The notes under the pieces are model-generated. The model did no database searches. It had not been told where the DNA came from and was given only the letters and a program-made list of their open reading frames with translations. The position numbers and the translations under genes were made by a program. Below, piece after piece: positions 22,701 through 24,235 of a stretch of DNA of 24,235 bases. Source of the stretch: Utricularia gibba (Eukaryota > Plantae > Magnoliophyta); NCBI GenBank assembly GCA_002189035.1, contig NEEC01000456.1:1-24235 (forward strand). Direction: 5' to 3'. How positions within the stretch are numbered: the first letter of the stretch is position 1; each line of letters begins with the position of its first letter.

Positions 22701-24235
22701 TTCGGCATCTCGTCGATATCCTGAAGACCGTGATGAGTCACGCTGCGCCCGGCATACCGTTTCGAAGCTCGTTCCGAGCCGGTCATCTTCCGTGTTGAAA
22801 GCTTCTTCGTCCGAGGATGCATCAGAGCTCGAATTATCGCCTTCTATTAGCCTTCAGATGCGCCACAAAGTGGCCACCACGTTCGCGACGATGCGACTTG
22901 TAACACCAGAATCGACGCGATTGCGATTTTCGGCTTGCAAAACATCTGCGTTTTGTTGGGTGATGTGAAATATGGGTTTTCGAGGCGATCTTGCACATGC
23001 TTAGGGTGTGTTTCTACCGAAGCCTCATGGTTTCCTCGCACACCGTCGGCATCTCGTCGATATCCTGAAGACCGTGATGAGTCACGCTGCGCCCGGAATA
23101 CCGTTTCGAAGCTCGTTCCGAGCCGGTCATCTTCCGTGTTGAAAGCTTCTTCGTCCAAGGATGCATCAGAGCTCGAATTATCGCCTTCTATTAGCCTTCA
23201 GATGCGCCACAAAGTGGCCACCACGTTCGCGACGATGCGACTTGAACACAGAATCGACGCGATTGTGATTTTCGGCTTGCAAAACATCTGCGTTTTTTCG
23301 GGTGATGTGAAATATGGGTTTTCGAGGCGATCTTTGCACATGCTTAGGGTGTGTCACTACGTGAAGCCTCATGGTTTCCTCGCACACCGTTCGGCATCTC
23401 GTCGATATCCTGAAGACCGTGATGAGTCACGCTGCGCCCGGAATACCGTTTCGAAGCTCGTTCCGAGCCGGTCATCTTCCGTGTTTAAAGCTTCTTCGTC
23501 CGAGGATGCATCAGAGCTCGAATTATCGCCTTCTATTAGCCTTCAGATGCCACAAAGTGGCCACCACGTTCGCGACGATGCGACTTGGAACACAAAATCG
23601 ACGCGATTGATTTTCGGCTTGCAAAACATGCGTTTTTTCGGTGATGTGAAATATGGGTTTTCGAGGCGATCTTTGCACATGCTTAGGGTGTGTCCCTACC
23701 CGAAGCCTCATGGTTTCCTCGCACACCGTTCGGCATCTCGTCGATATCCTGAAGACCGTGATGAGTCACGCTGCGCCCGGCATACCGTTTCGAAGCTCGT
23801 TCCGAGCCGGTCATCTTCCGTGTTAAAGCTTCTTCGTCCGGATGCATCAGAGCTCGAATTATCGCCTTCTATTAGCCTTCAGATGCGCCACAAAGTGGCC
23901 ACCACGTTCGCGACGATGCGACTTGAACACCAGAATCGACGCGATTGTGATTTTCGGCTTGCAAAACATCTGCGTTTTTTGGGTGATGTGAAATATGGGT
24001 TTTCGAGGCGATCTTTGCACATGCTTAGGGTGTGTCTACCCGAAGCCTCATGGTTTCCTCGCACACCGTCGGCATCTCGTCGATATCCTGAAGACCGTGA
24101 TGAGTCACGCTGCGCGCCCGGAATACCGTTTCGAAGCTCGTTCCGAGCCGGTCATCTTCCGTGTTGAAATCTTCGTCCGAGGATGCATCAGAGCTCGAAT
24201 TATCGCCTTCTATTAGCCTTCAGATGCGCCACAAA
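16754..24235. repeat. Satellite subfamily domain R (3' part of monomer 49 through partial monomer 71)
   Basis: Mostly GATGCGCC (C228), TTGTAAC or TTGAAC, and CAGAATC (G276). T167, A211, T285 and A292 are absent. TACGTGAAG (G39/T40) is private to this domain and GGCATA (C120) is frequent. Confidence 0.85.

Larger units (their letters stand above)
1..24235. repeat. Tandem satellite DNA array, 347-bp monomer, about 70.7 head-to-tail copies
   Basis: The anchor CGAGGCGATC recurs at 1, 349, 695, 1040, 1383, 1727, 2064, 2401, 2747, 3091, 3438 ... 23323, 23662, 24004. That is 71 starts with spacing 335-348 bp (mean about 343). There is no non-repeat sequence and no strand switch. Confidence 0.99.

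Noticed and set aside
22935-24167. 410-aa ORF
   Set aside because: It is 3.5 tandem translations of the monomer, kept open by chance indels. It has no domain signature and the frames switch between copies.
1-24235. CRISPR array, rDNA/5S array or tandem gene array
   Set aside because: There are no unique spacers, the entire unit repeats, and I recognise no rRNA, 5S, snRNA or histone sequence.

Overview
The whole window is one uninterrupted head-to-tail tandem array (satellite DNA). It has 70 complete monomers plus a final 232-bp partial copy, all in the same orientation, and the array runs off both ends. The full-length monomer is 347 bp (reference copy M10 = 3091-3437), about 52% GC and CpG-rich (33 CpG per monomer, observed/expected about 1.4 by hand count). 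I find no genes, RNA genes, transposon insertions or inversions; every ORF in the track is a re-translation of the same monomer. The information lies in the variants. (i) There is a sharp switch between two monomer subfamilies inside monomer 49 (about 16.71-16.75 kb). (ii) Diagnostic substitutions are concentrated at CG/CHG cytosines, and the left domain carries the deaminated states. (iii) There are degenerate higher-order periodicities of 6/12, 7 and 3 monomers. (iv) There are mosaic monomers and rare haplotypes shared over long distances. (v) Each monomer is rich in short inverted repeats. Copies average about 343 bp because of scattered 1-7 bp deletions, which look largely like long-read error, so indel-based conclusions are tentative. 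I cannot name the satellite family or the organism. All counts are manual; position numbers such as T228 refer to the 347-bp monomer starting at CGAGGCGATC.
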